Shown here piece by piece: positions 1 to 9,092 of a DNA stretch of 64,000 nt. The DNA is from a virus. Taxonomy: Duplodnaviria; Heunggongvirae; Uroviricota; Caudoviricetes. The stretch lies in the IMG/VR virus record IMGVR_UViG_641736216_000007, one strand, 5' to 3'. The notes beneath the pieces are model-generated. The model was not told where the DNA came from, made no database searches, and saw only the letters and a list, made by a program, of their open reading frames with translations. The translations under genes were made by a program, and so were the position numbers. Numbering within the stretch: position 1 is the first letter of the stretch; every line of letters begins with the position of its first letter.

Positions 1-105
1 ATTTCCTTTTTACTAAAGAAATTAACTTTCTATAAAAATTCATATTTTTTTGATTATAAACAATATATCAAGCAATTTATAAAACAAAATAATCACTACT
101 ATAAT

Positions 106-411
106 TTATTCCCAATAAAAAATAATTTTTTTAGCTTTAGCTATATTACTATTTATATCTTCAATCAATTTTTTTATATTATTAAGTCCTTCTCCACCTT
201 TAATAACTTTACATTGTTCATAATAATCTTCATCAAAACTCTTTTTAATACTATAAAAACTTGAAAGTTCTATTTCAATCAAATCCTCTTGATTATAAAA
301 ATCAACAAAATTCTGAAAAAAATTAAATTCCAATTGATCCATACAGTTTGATTTTAAAAATACATCTCCTTCTATTTTATTTATAACTACATATATGTTA
401 TAGGAAAACAT
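106..411 (-). CDS. Hypothetical small protein (101 aa). Paralog of the ORF at 51218..51532.
   Basis: Intact ORF. Shares motifs with 51218..51532 (VVLKSEMLQPEFN / VFLKSNCMDQLEFN; C-terminal IYFLWE / IFYWE). No recognisable domain. Confidence 0.4.
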   Translation of the reverse strand: MFSYNIYVVINKIEGDVFLKSNCMDQLEFNFFQNFVDFYNQEDLIEIELSSFYSIKKSFDEDYYEQCKVIKGGEGLNNIKKLIEDINSNIAKAKKIIFYWE

Positions 412-1071
412 AAAAATTACCTCCTTTAATTTTTAAAAAGATATATGGGCCCTTTTATATCTCCTTTATTTGTTATTAATAATGATACTATTTTATTGAG
501 ATTTCTAAAATAAAGAATTGAAAATTTAAATATTGAAAATATTAATTCTCTATGATACTATGAAAATAAAAAGAGGTGAATTTCCATCTTAAAAAAGATT
601 AATTATCCATTTATAAAGGTTTTTATTGATAGTAAAAACAATGTACATTATGTAAACCATTTTGATAGCAAAAACAGTTATCCTAAACATTTAGACTGTG
701 TAGGTACTGATTTTATAGACTTTATATTACTTGATTTATCTAAATATAAAGAACAGTTAAAATTATATTATGATTATGATAAACAGAAAACTAATTTTTA
801 CAATCTACCTACAGATCGTTATGATATATATAACCTTATCTATAAAATAGCTAATATTATTAGTGAACATGAAATAGCACATTTTTATTTAATTGGTAAA
901 TTAAACAAAGTTTTTAACAGTAAAACTACTCTATTAGAACAAATAGATTTAGCTTTTAATATTTTAAATGAATTAGTTATACTTCAGGATATTTTCCAAG
1001 ATGGAGCAAACATATGTTTCGATACAGATTTCTCTACGACATTCAATAAAGTTGAAAGATTCCTTGTTTTT

Positions 1072-1677
1072 TTGGGAAAGTATCCACGTTATGCTAATTT
1101 TTCTTTAAATACTAAGTTTGCTATAACTGTTACAGAGAATGGGAAAATGGACTTTAACTCTGTTATGAATATAAATGACAAAAACATCAGTAATAAACGA
1201 GAATTAGCTTCTATTATAGGGGAACAATCTAATGGTAGAGTTAGCTTAATTAATTATATTATTTTAGAGGAATTAGAGGAATTTCTATTCTATGAATTTT
1301 CTGAAATGGCAAAACTTGGATTAATTGTAAGGAAATGCAATCTTTGTGGAAAATATTTCATATTAAGAAATAAGCACAATACTTTATTTTGTAACAGAAT
1401 TTATAAAAATAACTTTACTTGTAAGCAAATTGGTAATAAAGAATTATATAATAATAAACTTTCAAAAGACCCTGTACTTCAAAAATATGAAAAGATTTAT
1501 AAAGCCAATTATGCTAAAATGCAACGAGATGAAGCAAAAGAGATACATGGATTAAACAATGGAATAGCAAGAAATAAGTTTAAAAATTGGTCAAAAAAAG
1601 CACAACATTTGAGAAAGGAATACTTGGCTAAAAAGATTTCAGGTGATGATCTGGTGTTACATATAAAAATTAAATAG
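1072..1677 (+). CDS. Hypothetical protein with a Cys cluster (CNLCGKYF...CNRIYKNNFTCK). The ORF is probably longer at its 5' end.
   Basis: Track ORF starts with TTG. The same frame stays open back to ~580 with no stop in ~490 nt of AT-rich DNA, but has no in-frame ATG. A strong SD (AAGAGGTGA, 568-577) precedes it. In-frame ATG at 1147. A rho-independent terminator hairpin follows at 1676-1699. Confidence 0.4.
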   Translation: MGKYPRYANFSLNTKFAITVTENGKMDFNSVMNINDKNISNKRELASIIGEQSNGRVSLINYIILEELEEFLFYEFSEMAKLGLIVRKCNLCGKYFILRNKHNTLFCNRIYKNNFTCKQIGNKELYNNKLSKDPVLQKYEKIYKANYAKMQRDEAKEIHGLNNGIARNKFKNWSKKAQHLRKEYLAKKISGDDLVLHIKIK

Positions 1678-1699
1678 AGGGTGATAAAAATCACTCTCT
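1676..1699. terminator. Bidirectional rho-independent terminator hairpin between convergent genes
   Basis: AGAGGGTGATAAAAATCACTCTCT perfect stem followed by a T-rich run. Confidence 0.5.
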
Positions 1700-1710
1700 A
1701 TTTATCTATT

Positions 1711-2139
1711 TTATGAAACTAATTTAGTAAACATTTCTATTAATTCATTTTTTGCTACTCCAAATTCATCCCATTTTATATGGTTAAAAGATCTTATATC
1801 TTGCTTTAAGGCTTCTAAGCATATTGTGTAGTTCTGTTTTTCTACATATTCAAGTGCTAATCCATTTTGTTTAACTGCTTCAAGACATATTTCTTCTGTT
1901 TGCTCCTCTACAAATTTCAGAGCAATTCCATCCTGTTTTACCGCTTCTATACATATTTCATCAAGCTGTTCTTCTACAAATTGTAAAGCCATTCCACTCT
2001 CTTTTACCGCTTCTATGCATATATTTGGAGTCTGTTCTATTACATATTGAAGTTCAAACCCATTCTCCTTTACAGCTTTTATACACAACTCTTCAGTTTG
2101 TCTTCTTACTACATACAAACTATTTATATATTTAATCAT
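1711..2139 (-). CDS. DUF4116-type repeat protein (142 aa)
   Basis: Five tandem ~22-aa repeats of consensus EEICIEAVKQ(N/D)G(L/I)AL(E/K)(Y/F)V(K/E)EQT. Same family as 18235, 34622, 35109, 35472, 40806, 42489, 43636. Confidence 0.6.
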   Translation of the reverse strand: MIKYINSLYVVRRQTEELCIKAVKENGFELQYVIEQTPNICIEAVKESGMALQFVEEQLDEICIEAVKQDGIALKFVEEQTEEICLEAVKQNGLALEYVEKQNYTICLEALKQDIRSFNHIKWDEFGVAKNELIEMFTKLVS

Positions 2140-2190
2140 AATAAAATCTCCTTAAAATATATTAATTCAAATTAGAAATACTACTTATTT

Positions 2191-2736
2191 CTAATTAATA
2201 TCAGAATCTTTATCTATACTCTTTAAAGCTTTCACATACCATAAATTTTCTATATCACTATTACTAATCTCTTTTAAATCTTCTTCTCTTTCAATAACTC
2301 CCCAAAAACTTTCATTCCCATAAATTATTTCATTTAATTCAAATACAAATATAGCAGGGCTCATTCCAGAGTTTATATCTAATTCTTTTGTTTTAGGAGC
2401 ATAACTTATTGATAAGGAATTTGATAACTCTCCAAGATAAAAACCTAAATATGTTTTATTCTCATATTCTTTTTTACATGGTCTTACCTTAACAAATTTT
2501 CCTATTTTAGATTCCTTATAGTGACCTTTGTTTCTATATTTATTATTTATTTTATATACTTCAATTGGATATTCTATATTCATACTTCTATAGTTTTCGC
2601 ACATAAAATTTTCTTTAAATTCATTAGCTCCTACTGCTCCATCCATCTCATGTATTTTTATATATAATTTATTTCTTTCTAAAATTTCACAGTTTTTAAG
2701 AAATTGTTTAGAACAACTAAAACAATTTTTATCCAT
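2191..2736 (-). CDS. Hypothetical protein (181 aa). N-terminal CxxC...C.
   Basis: Intact ORF lying downstream of the Panacea/HAD cluster on the same strand. TTGATT-type promoter motif upstream at 2781-2804. Confidence 0.45.
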   Translation of the reverse strand: MDKNCFSCSKQFLKNCEILERNKLYIKIHEMDGAVGANEFKENFMCENYRSMNIEYPIEVYKINNKYRNKGHYKESKIGKFVKVRPCKKEYENKTYLGFYLGELSNSLSISYAPKTKELDINSGMSPAIFVFELNEIIYGNESFWGVIEREEDLKEISNSDIENLWYVKALKSIDKDSDIN

Positions 2737-2822
2737 ATAATTACACCTCTTTTTGTTTTGTATAATAAAATAGTAACATTTTTATTGTTTATAATCAACA
2801 AATTATTACTATTTTATTAGTA

Positions 2823-3182
2823 TTAAATTTTTTCCACATTAATTCTATCATTTACCCAATTCCCTTCTAATTTATCTATATCTAAATCCCACATTCCTCT
2901 ATTTATCATTTTAGAGTATGAAAAATCAGAAAAAGATAAGTCATCTATAATTAAATCGGGCTTCGGCATACAGAAGGCGATATAATCTACCAAATTCGCT
3001 TTATTAATTATTTCTTTTGTATAATTTAAACCACCTTTTGACCAAATTATTATATTAGCTTTTTTAGATAACTTTATTATGGACTCTATTGCTTTTGGAA
3101 AAAATGAATTTCCCATATCTGGAGTTATGGTATCATCTACATCTATATATATAGTTGCTAAGTCATCTTTATATTCTTTCAT
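2823..3182 (-). CDS. Small HAD-superfamily phosphatase-like protein (119 aa)
   Basis: HAD motif I DVDDTIT (DxDxT), motif II IIIWSKGG (S/T), motif III K (KPD), motif IV DD (LIIDD). Its start overlaps the stop of the upstream Panacea pseudogene (3182/3183), consistent with translational coupling. Confidence 0.5.
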   Translation of the reverse strand: MKEYKDDLATIYIDVDDTITPDMGNSFFPKAIESIIKLSKKANIIIWSKGGLNYTKEIINKANLVDYIAFCMPKPDLIIDDLSFSDFSYSKMINRGMWDLDIDKLEGNWVNDRINVEKI

Positions 3183-3704
3183 TTAATTCACCTCTTTCTC
3201 CTCTAACAAGAACTTTGGAATTAAAATACCATTATTTTCTTTAACCCAAAACTTTATATCTTGAGTTGGAATTGAACTATCACCTATTTTGTAATTCCAC
3301 ATAACAGGATAAGTATATAAAAGATATTTAACCAAATCCCAAGTATCTATATTTTTAGTAATATTAAGTACCTCTTCAATAACCTCTTTTTCTTCCTTTG
3401 TAAATAAATTGAAATCTATAGGGCAAAAACCTTTTATTATACGAAATTCAAATATTTTACTAATTTCAAACCAAAGCTTTGGCATAACTGGCTCATAATT
3501 TTAAGCTTCGAACCTTTCATCTAAATTTAAAAAGATGCTCTCATTATATAAATATAAATATTTTGCTTGAATTAAATACAATAACTTATTTAATCTCAAA
3601 TTATCTATTGCTTTATTCAATTTATTTTCACAGTACCATAGTACGTAGATTGCTACATCTTTGGCACTATATCTGGAATCCATAAAAATACTTTTATTTA
3701 CCAT
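3183..3704 (-). pseudogene. Panacea-domain (DUF4065) gene interrupted by a single in-frame TAA
   Basis: ORFs 3501..3704 (N-terminal DVAIYVLWYCENKL...LRLNKLLYLIQ) and 3183..3485 (C-terminal MPKLWF...) are in the same frame. The stop at 3501-3503 lies where the paralog 3715..4224 has the conserved Trp of FEAWDYGPTMPEIWF. Confidence 0.55.
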
Positions 3705-3714
3705 AAAAATCCCT

Positions 3715-4224
3715 CTATTCTTTACTTAAATTTAGCTTTTTATCTAATAATTCCTTAGATACCAATATCCCATTTCTTTTTTCTATATAGTATTCTATAT
3801 CAAATGAAGATATAGTTTGTCTACCTATAAAATGCTCTGGCTCCTCTAACCTTAAATATTCTATTATATCTTCAGTGCTTATATCTTTAGTAAGTTCTAT
3901 TACCTCCTCTATAGTATCTTTCTCTTTATCTTTCACTAAATCATTGTTTTTAGGTATGATGCCTGTAATTGGATTTGAATCAAATTCATAAAAAGTAAAC
4001 CAAATTTCAGGCATAGTTGGACCATAGTCCCAAGCTTCAAACCACTCAAATTTGTCATTAAAGATACTTTCTTTATATAAATAAAGATATCTCTCTTGAA
4101 TTAAATACAATAATTTTTGTAATCTCAAATTTGTAGATGGATTTTTTAATTTATTTTCACAATACCATAAAATATAATTTGCAATATCCACAGCATCATA
4201 ATCATTAAACTCTACATACCCCAT
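3715..4224 (-). CDS. Panacea-domain (DUF4065, PanA/SocA-like antitoxin family) protein
   Basis: N-terminal signature DVANYILWYCENKLKNP..NLRLQKLLYLIQ....F..FEAWDYGP. matches the KLQKLLY / AW.YGPV motifs of the GepA/DUF4065 family. 169 aa. Confidence 0.65.
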   Translation of the reverse strand: MGYVEFNDYDAVDIANYILWYCENKLKNPSTNLRLQKLLYLIQERYLYLYKESIFNDKFEWFEAWDYGPTMPEIWFTFYEFDSNPITGIIPKNNDLVKDKEKDTIEEVIELTKDISTEDIIEYLRLEEPEHFIGRQTISSFDIEYYIEKRNGILVSKELLDKKLNLSKE

Positions 4225-4453
4225 AAAACTTCACCTCTTTTATCTTAAATTTCGACCTCTCAATTTTCCATTTTTCTCAAGTTAGACTTATATTCTTCAT
4301 TTGTGATTAGCTCTTTACTCTGGCAAGAATTCTAATAACCAATCCATATAAAGTCATTTGTGCATATTAAAATTGGCTTATGTGGACAACTTTCTATATT
4401 ATCTACATACTTAGAATATTTACATTTTTACTCCTCCTTCTATAATTTTTCAT

Positions 4454-4924
4454 TTATTTTTCCATAGAGATCCAATACAAAAGATCCCATAGAGGAATCT
4501 CTTTTTCTTTGTGACCGCAATACGCTTTCCATACCTCGTCTTCCTGAGTTTCTTTTATTAAATCTTCAACATCTCTGTATACCAATGATGCTACCATCTC
4601 ATTTATAAATTTACTATCATCCTTAGTGGATATCTCAAAATATCTACATGGAAGAATTCCTGTTATATCTTCTACCCCATAATTATTGTAGGAATAATAA
4701 ACTTCGGGGAATACAATTCCATAAGACCAGGCCACCATGTAATTATCAAATAATAATTTATTAAATTTACAAATATATTTTTTTTGTATAAAATATAAAA
4801 TTCTTTGTAATTTAGAATTATTGATTGGATTTTTTAATTTATTTTCACAGTACCATAAAATATATTCAGCTACATCCATTGCATCATAATTAGGGCAAAA
4901 TCCAGTAAGATTAATAAATTCCAT
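4454..4924 (-). CDS. Panacea-domain (DUF4065) protein, divergent paralog
   Basis: AMDVAEYILWYCENKLKNPINNSKLQRILYFIQ...VAWSYGIVFPEVY. 156 aa. Confidence 0.65.
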   Translation of the reverse strand: MEFINLTGFCPNYDAMDVAEYILWYCENKLKNPINNSKLQRILYFIQKKYICKFNKLLFDNYMVAWSYGIVFPEVYYSYNNYGVEDITGILPCRYFEISTKDDSKFINEMVASLVYRDVEDLIKETQEDEVWKAYCGHKEKEIPLWDLLYWISMEK

Positions 4925-5040
4925 AAAATATCCTCCTTTAAAAATAATTATTATTTATATAAAACTTATAGACTTATTTTTATTATAGATTTGTACATAA
5001 TAAATAATTCACACATAAAACTATGTGTGAATTATTTAAA

Positions 5041-5910
5041 TTAAAAAGCTTCAGACTCTAATATTTTTTGAATACTTAATATTAACTCTTTTATTGCATT
5101 TATTTCATGGTCAGAAACATCTTTACTGCTTAAGTTCAACCAATCTAAGTATCTTTTATTTATATTATCACTAATAGAAATAAAATCTGAAAAACTATCT
5201 TTCAAGGAGATAATATCTTTTTCAAAATTTTCTGTGTCTATTTCTCTATATTTTATTAATTTGCCAAGAGGTACATTCCCTTTTTTTTCTAATATGTTAC
5301 CAACTTCTTGTATCAGTTGAAAATCTTCCATTTTTTTTAATAAGCATGTTAGATACATCCCAAATTTTATAATATCGGTTTCTTTTTTAATGAACCATTT
5401 CTCTTGATATTCTTTTTCCGAAAGCTTTAATTCTTTTTCTAATTTATCTATTAATGGTTTCTTATTTATAAACATTAGTTCATCAGAACTATCTCTTATC
5501 TCAATTATCAACTTATTTTTCTTTAATTCTATTTCTTTAATAATGCTTCTAAATTCTTCAAAACTTTTAAAAAATTTAGGGATATCTTCTAAATAATCGA
5601 TTTGTAATTCTCGTCCATCTTGAAAATATACTTTTTTGAAATTCTGTATTTCTATTTCTCCTATTTTATTAGTTTTTCCAATATATTTACCATCTCTTAC
5701 CTTAAGAAAATTCACTTTATTTTGGTCTATACTTAATACTAAAAAGCTTTTTGGATAATTATAATATAAGCTTTCTAAAGGCAGTCTGTCCATAATCTTA
5801 TAATTTTTATTCGAACCATTAATTACCTCAAGGCCACTACTTTTTGTATAAGATACTTTATTAAATAATCCTATTTTTATTCCTTCTAAATAATCAAATA
5901 TATATATCAC
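5041..5910 (-). CDS. Hypothetical protein (289 aa)
   Basis: Intact ORF. Consensus sigma-A-like promoter TTGACTATATAAAAT...TATAAT lies upstream on the minus strand (-35 at 5957-5962, -10 at 5934-5939). Confidence 0.5.
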   Translation of the reverse strand: MIYIFDYLEGIKIGLFNKVSYTKSSGLEVINGSNKNYKIMDRLPLESLYYNYPKSFLVLSIDQNKVNFLKVRDGKYIGKTNKIGEIEIQNFKKVYFQDGRELQIDYLEDIPKFFKSFEEFRSIIKEIELKKNKLIIEIRDSSDELMFINKKPLIDKLEKELKLSEKEYQEKWFIKKETDIIKFGMYLTCLLKKMEDFQLIQEVGNILEKKGNVPLGKLIKYREIDTENFEKDIISLKDSFSDFISISDNINKRYLDWLNLSSKDVSDHEINAIKELILSIQKILESEAF

Positions 5911-5933
5911 CTCATTTTATAATTATTACACTA

Positions 5934-5962
5934 ATTATAAAATTTGTATTTTATATAGTCAA
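5934..5962 (-). promoter_or_regulatory. Sigma-A-type promoter, subtype TTGACTATATAAAAT
   Basis: TTGACT, a 17-nt spacer, then TATAAT on the minus strand, upstream of 5041..5910. Confidence 0.5.
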
Positions 5963-6055
5963 TAAAAATTATAATTTTTCTAATAATTGTGTATATATAT
6001 TATATATTTTTAGTTTTATTTTAATATTTCAAGATAAATTTTAGGAGGTTTTATT

Positions 6056-6691
6056 ATGAATTTTAACAAGGATAATTTAGAAAAAAAAATTTTAAGACAT
6101 CAAATAATAAGAATTGATGGAAGTAATGTATTTTTTGAAGTTTTATCTAATGCTTTTCCAATAGGAAAAGTACAAATAAATTTTAGGAAATATGATAAAA
6201 ATGCAAATAAAGGTGAGAAATTTACTCAACAGGTAGATATATTTATAAACATAGAAAATGCCTTAGTATTGTGCCAAGATATATTATCTGGAAAAATAGA
6301 AAAATTAGCTGTTCTTTCTGAAAAGGAAGCTAAACAAAAAGATAGTAAGTATCCTCAGCCTATTTGGAAAAATTTAGGTGGTACATCTGTAAAAAAATTG
6401 AAAGAACAAAATAAAGAGAGAAAAGATGGCTATGCTCTATCAAGGATGTTAAAATTATCTCCTGGCAAAATTGGATTTTTATTTACAGCAGAAGAAGGTA
6501 AAGGAGAAGAAACAGATACAGGACTAATAACTCCAAGATATAATCAAAATCCTGATAGTAGAATTTTGGTCCCTTTAAATTCAGAACAATTAAAGACATT
6601 AGCTCTAATGATTAAGATACACATAGAATCTTATCTAACAATAAAATACAATCCATATTTTTCAAATTCGTATTGGGAAAATAAACAATAA
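6056..6691 (+). CDS. Hypothetical protein (211 aa)
   Basis: Intact ORF. SD TTTAGGAGG lies 8 nt upstream. Terminator hairpin at 6691-6708. Confidence 0.5.
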   Translation: MNFNKDNLEKKILRHQIIRIDGSNVFFEVLSNAFPIGKVQINFRKYDKNANKGEKFTQQVDIFINIENALVLCQDILSGKIEKLAVLSEKEAKQKDSKYPQPIWKNLGGTSVKKLKEQNKERKDGYALSRMLKLSPGKIGFLFTAEEGKGEETDTGLITPRYNQNPDSRILVPLNSEQLKTLALMIKIHIESYLTIKYNPYFSNSYWENKQ

Positions 6692-6697
6692 AAGAGC

Positions 6698-7363
6698 CTA
6701 TGGCTCTTTTATTTCTATATTATCTATTATTAATTGAATAATTGTAAAAATATTTATATTTATTATGTTAAATAAATCTATAGATAAATTATTTGTAACT
6801 ATTATAGCAAATATCATTTTTAGCACAAACCCCAAAAATCCAGTTACTATTAACCACTTAATATATTTCCTTATTTCACAAAAATTTTTATTTGCGAAAG
6901 AGATAAAAAATAATAAAATAAAAAACAGGGTTGGTATGAGGCATATAGCACTATTTACAACAAATAATAAACATATAGCTAATACTATAGATGTTTTTAA
7001 TAATAAGTTTTTATAGTCTCCTAATAGATCATAATTTTTAATTTTATACTCTATAAAATCATTGATTGATTGAGAAAGATTCCATATTACAACATTTGTA
7101 ACCTCATCATTTTTTTTTCTAAATTTTAATCTCCTGCCAATATAAATAGTTAAAAATATGCAGATAACACTATAAATAAAAAGCTCCCATTTAGCTACAA
7201 TAAAGGATGTTATTATTGAGATAATTAGTAAACCACAACATAACAATAGATTAGCGTCTATTTGAGTAAAAGGTATAAGCTTTTCCTCTAACATTTCTTC
7301 TTCTTGATTTTTTATATACTTTTCTTTTTTAATTTTCTCATCTCTATTTCTAATTATATTCAT
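6698..7363 (-). CDS. Integral membrane protein (221 aa, multi-TM)
   Basis: Several long hydrophobic segments. No recognisable family. Confidence 0.45.
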   Translation of the reverse strand: MNIIRNRDEKIKKEKYIKNQEEEMLEEKLIPFTQIDANLLLCCGLLIISIITSFIVAKWELFIYSVICIFLTIYIGRRLKFRKKNDEVTNVVIWNLSQSINDFIEYKIKNYDLLGDYKNLLLKTSIVLAICLLFVVNSAICLIPTLFFILLFFISFANKNFCEIRKYIKWLIVTGFLGFVLKMIFAIIVTNNLSIDLFNIININIFTIIQLIIDNIEIKEP

Positions 7364-7419
7364 ATTTATACTCCTTTCTTTTTATATATATTATTTAAAT
7401 ATATTTTTATTCATTTTCA

Positions 7420-7448
7420 TTGACTATATAAAATATAAAAATTATAAT
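7420..7448 (+). promoter_or_regulatory. Sigma-A-type promoter, TTGACT-17-TATAAT
   Basis: TTGACT at 7420-7425, TATAAT at 7443-7448, upstream of the LCP gene. Confidence 0.5.
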
Positions 7449-7485
7449 TAATATAATATATTAATTATAAAAGAAGGGAAAAATA

Positions 7486-8487
7486 ATGAAATCAAAAACT
7501 AAAAAAGTAATAAAATCAATATTTATTTTATTACTTATAGTAATAATGTTTATTGTTAGCTTCTTTACATCTTATACATTATCTAATAATAAAATCAAAA
7601 CAAAAGAGATAAAAGAAGATGCTATAAGTACAGAATCAAAAGAAAATAAATTTAAAAAAATAAATGGGATTACAAATATTCTCCTTTTAGGGACAGATGA
7701 AAGAAGTTCTAATGTAACAACAAGAACTGATACTATGATAATTCTAACTATAGACTCTGTAAACAATAAAATCAAACTAACTTCTCTTTTTAGAGATGCT
7801 TTAGTTAATATTCCAAACCATAATAAAGGAAAACTTAATCATTCTTATGCTTATGGTGGAGTAGACCTCTTAGAAAAGACTATTGAAGAAAACTATAACT
7901 TAACAATAGATAAATATGCTTTAGTTAATTTTAATGATTTTGTAAAAATAATAGATTTACTTGGTGGAGTTGAAGTTGAAATAAAAGAAGCTGAACTTAA
8001 AGACTTTAACAAACATCTAAAGGATATACCTAACAGCTCTAAAGAAATAACTTCTCCAGGGATAAAAACTCTTACAGGAGCTCAAGCATTGTCTTACACA
8101 AGAATAAGGTATAATTCTGGTGGGGAACAAGGAAGAACAGAGAGACAAAGAAAAGTTATTAGTTCTATGGCTAATAAAATGAAACATATTAGTATATTTA
8201 AATATCCAGCTATATTAAATTCAGTAATTAAATATATTGATACTAATTTAAGCTTTAAAGATATATTAAATATATTATATACAGCTAATAAAATAAATTT
8301 TAATGAAATTGAAACATTATCTATTCCTTTTGAAGAACTTTCTAAGTGTGGTAAATATAAAAATTATGGATGGGTTTTTCGAACTGATTTAGAATTAACA
8401 TCTGAAATATTAAATAATTATATATTTAAAGACATCCCCATTAACTTGAGTAATATAAATAAAAGAAACCTTATATTTATAGAGTAA
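7486..8487 (+). CDS. LytR-CpsA-Psr (LCP) family cell-envelope phosphotransferase
   Basis: N-terminal TM anchor, then NILLLGTDERS...RTDTMIILTID...LTSLFRDALVNIP...NHSYAYGG...IDKYALVNFNDFVKIIDLLGGVEV, which is the canonical LCP core. Confidence 0.85.
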   Translation: MKSKTKKVIKSIFILLLIVIMFIVSFFTSYTLSNNKIKTKEIKEDAISTESKENKFKKINGITNILLLGTDERSSNVTTRTDTMIILTIDSVNNKIKLTSLFRDALVNIPNHNKGKLNHSYAYGGVDLLEKTIEENYNLTIDKYALVNFNDFVKIIDLLGGVEVEIKEAELKDFNKHLKDIPNSSKEITSPGIKTLTGAQALSYTRIRYNSGGEQGRTERQRKVISSMANKMKHISIFKYPAILNSVIKYIDTNLSFKDILNILYTANKINFNEIETLSIPFEELSKCGKYKNYGWVFRTDLELTSEILNNYIFKDIPINLSNINKRNLIFIE

Positions 8488-8530
8488 CTTGCTTAGTATA
8501 TTTATTATATGCTACTATAATGATATACTA

Positions 8531-8818
8531 ATTAGGAGCTGTTAAATGTCAATAATCTACCTTTTTAAGGGCAGGCTTGAAATACTCTCCAAGTCGTATT
8601 GACCAGATTCAGTTTTTAAACTACATTATTGAGGTCATAACACCTATAAATGCTTCTCCAGTTTATGGGTACAAACAGTGTAATATGATATTAATCCTTA
8701 ATAATTTTATCAAGGATTGCAATTTGTTAATCATAGATATTTAAAACTAATACAAAAATGTAATGACCACAGATATGAGTTAAAGGCTCTTACTTAACAG
8801 AAATAGGGGGCAAGTTCC
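8531..8818 (+). repeat. Copy A of a ~290-bp repeated element, possibly a structured RNA leader
   Basis: About 88-90% identical to the reverse complement of 36133..36428. Ends at the AGGGGG SD and ATG of 8821..9090. Contains internal hairpins (e.g. AATCCTT-loop-AAGGATT). Confidence 0.55.
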
Positions 8819-8820
8819 TT

Positions 8821-9090
8821 ATGGAAGAAGAAGATAGAATTAAGAAAAGAAAAGATATTAAGGATTCAATAATTGGATTTGTAGTTAAAGTATTCATTAT
8901 GGGAATAGGCTTTATGTATATGAATGACCATATGGAAGCAGGCATATTGAATTTTTCTCTTCCATCTGGGAAAGAACTTTTTTCAATTAATGCTTTTCTT
9001 ATATTAAAATTTTTATTTAATTTAACATTAATTATTGAAGGTTTTACAATAATTGTTTCTATGATGAATTATTATATTGAAAATTTGTAA
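8821..9090 (+). CDS. Small membrane protein (89 aa)
   Basis: Two hydrophobic helices. Immediately preceded by repeat element copy A. Confidence 0.4.
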   Translation: MEEEDRIKKRKDIKDSIIGFVVKVFIMGIGFMYMNDHMEAGILNFSLPSGKELFSINAFLILKFLFNLTLIIEGFTIIVSMMNYYIENL

Positions 9091-9092
9091 AT

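Noticed and set aside
6765-7016. ORF antisense within the membrane-protein gene 6698..7363. Similar short antisense ORFs inside 9138..17147 (9328, 9663, 10726, 11809, 12136, 12432, 13165, 13909), inside 21064..22602 (22029, 22142), and at 24363, 37535, 38975, 42067, 45324, 46290, 57505, 57898, 58933 and 63262
   Set aside because: Fully embedded in longer, domain-supported ORFs on the opposite strand. Low-complexity hydrophobic translations typical of AT-rich antisense frames. No SD.
8531-8818. Known housekeeping RNA (RNase P, SRP/scRNA, tmRNA, 6S, T-box, c-di-GMP riboswitch) for the 290-nt element
   Set aside because: Lacks the diagnostic motifs (no GGAAAGUCCGG / ACAGAAnCCGGCUUA of RNase P, no SRP domain IV, no tmRNA tag ORF or tRNA-like end). 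It also occurs twice in inverted orientation with ~10% divergence, which is atypical for single-copy housekeeping RNAs.
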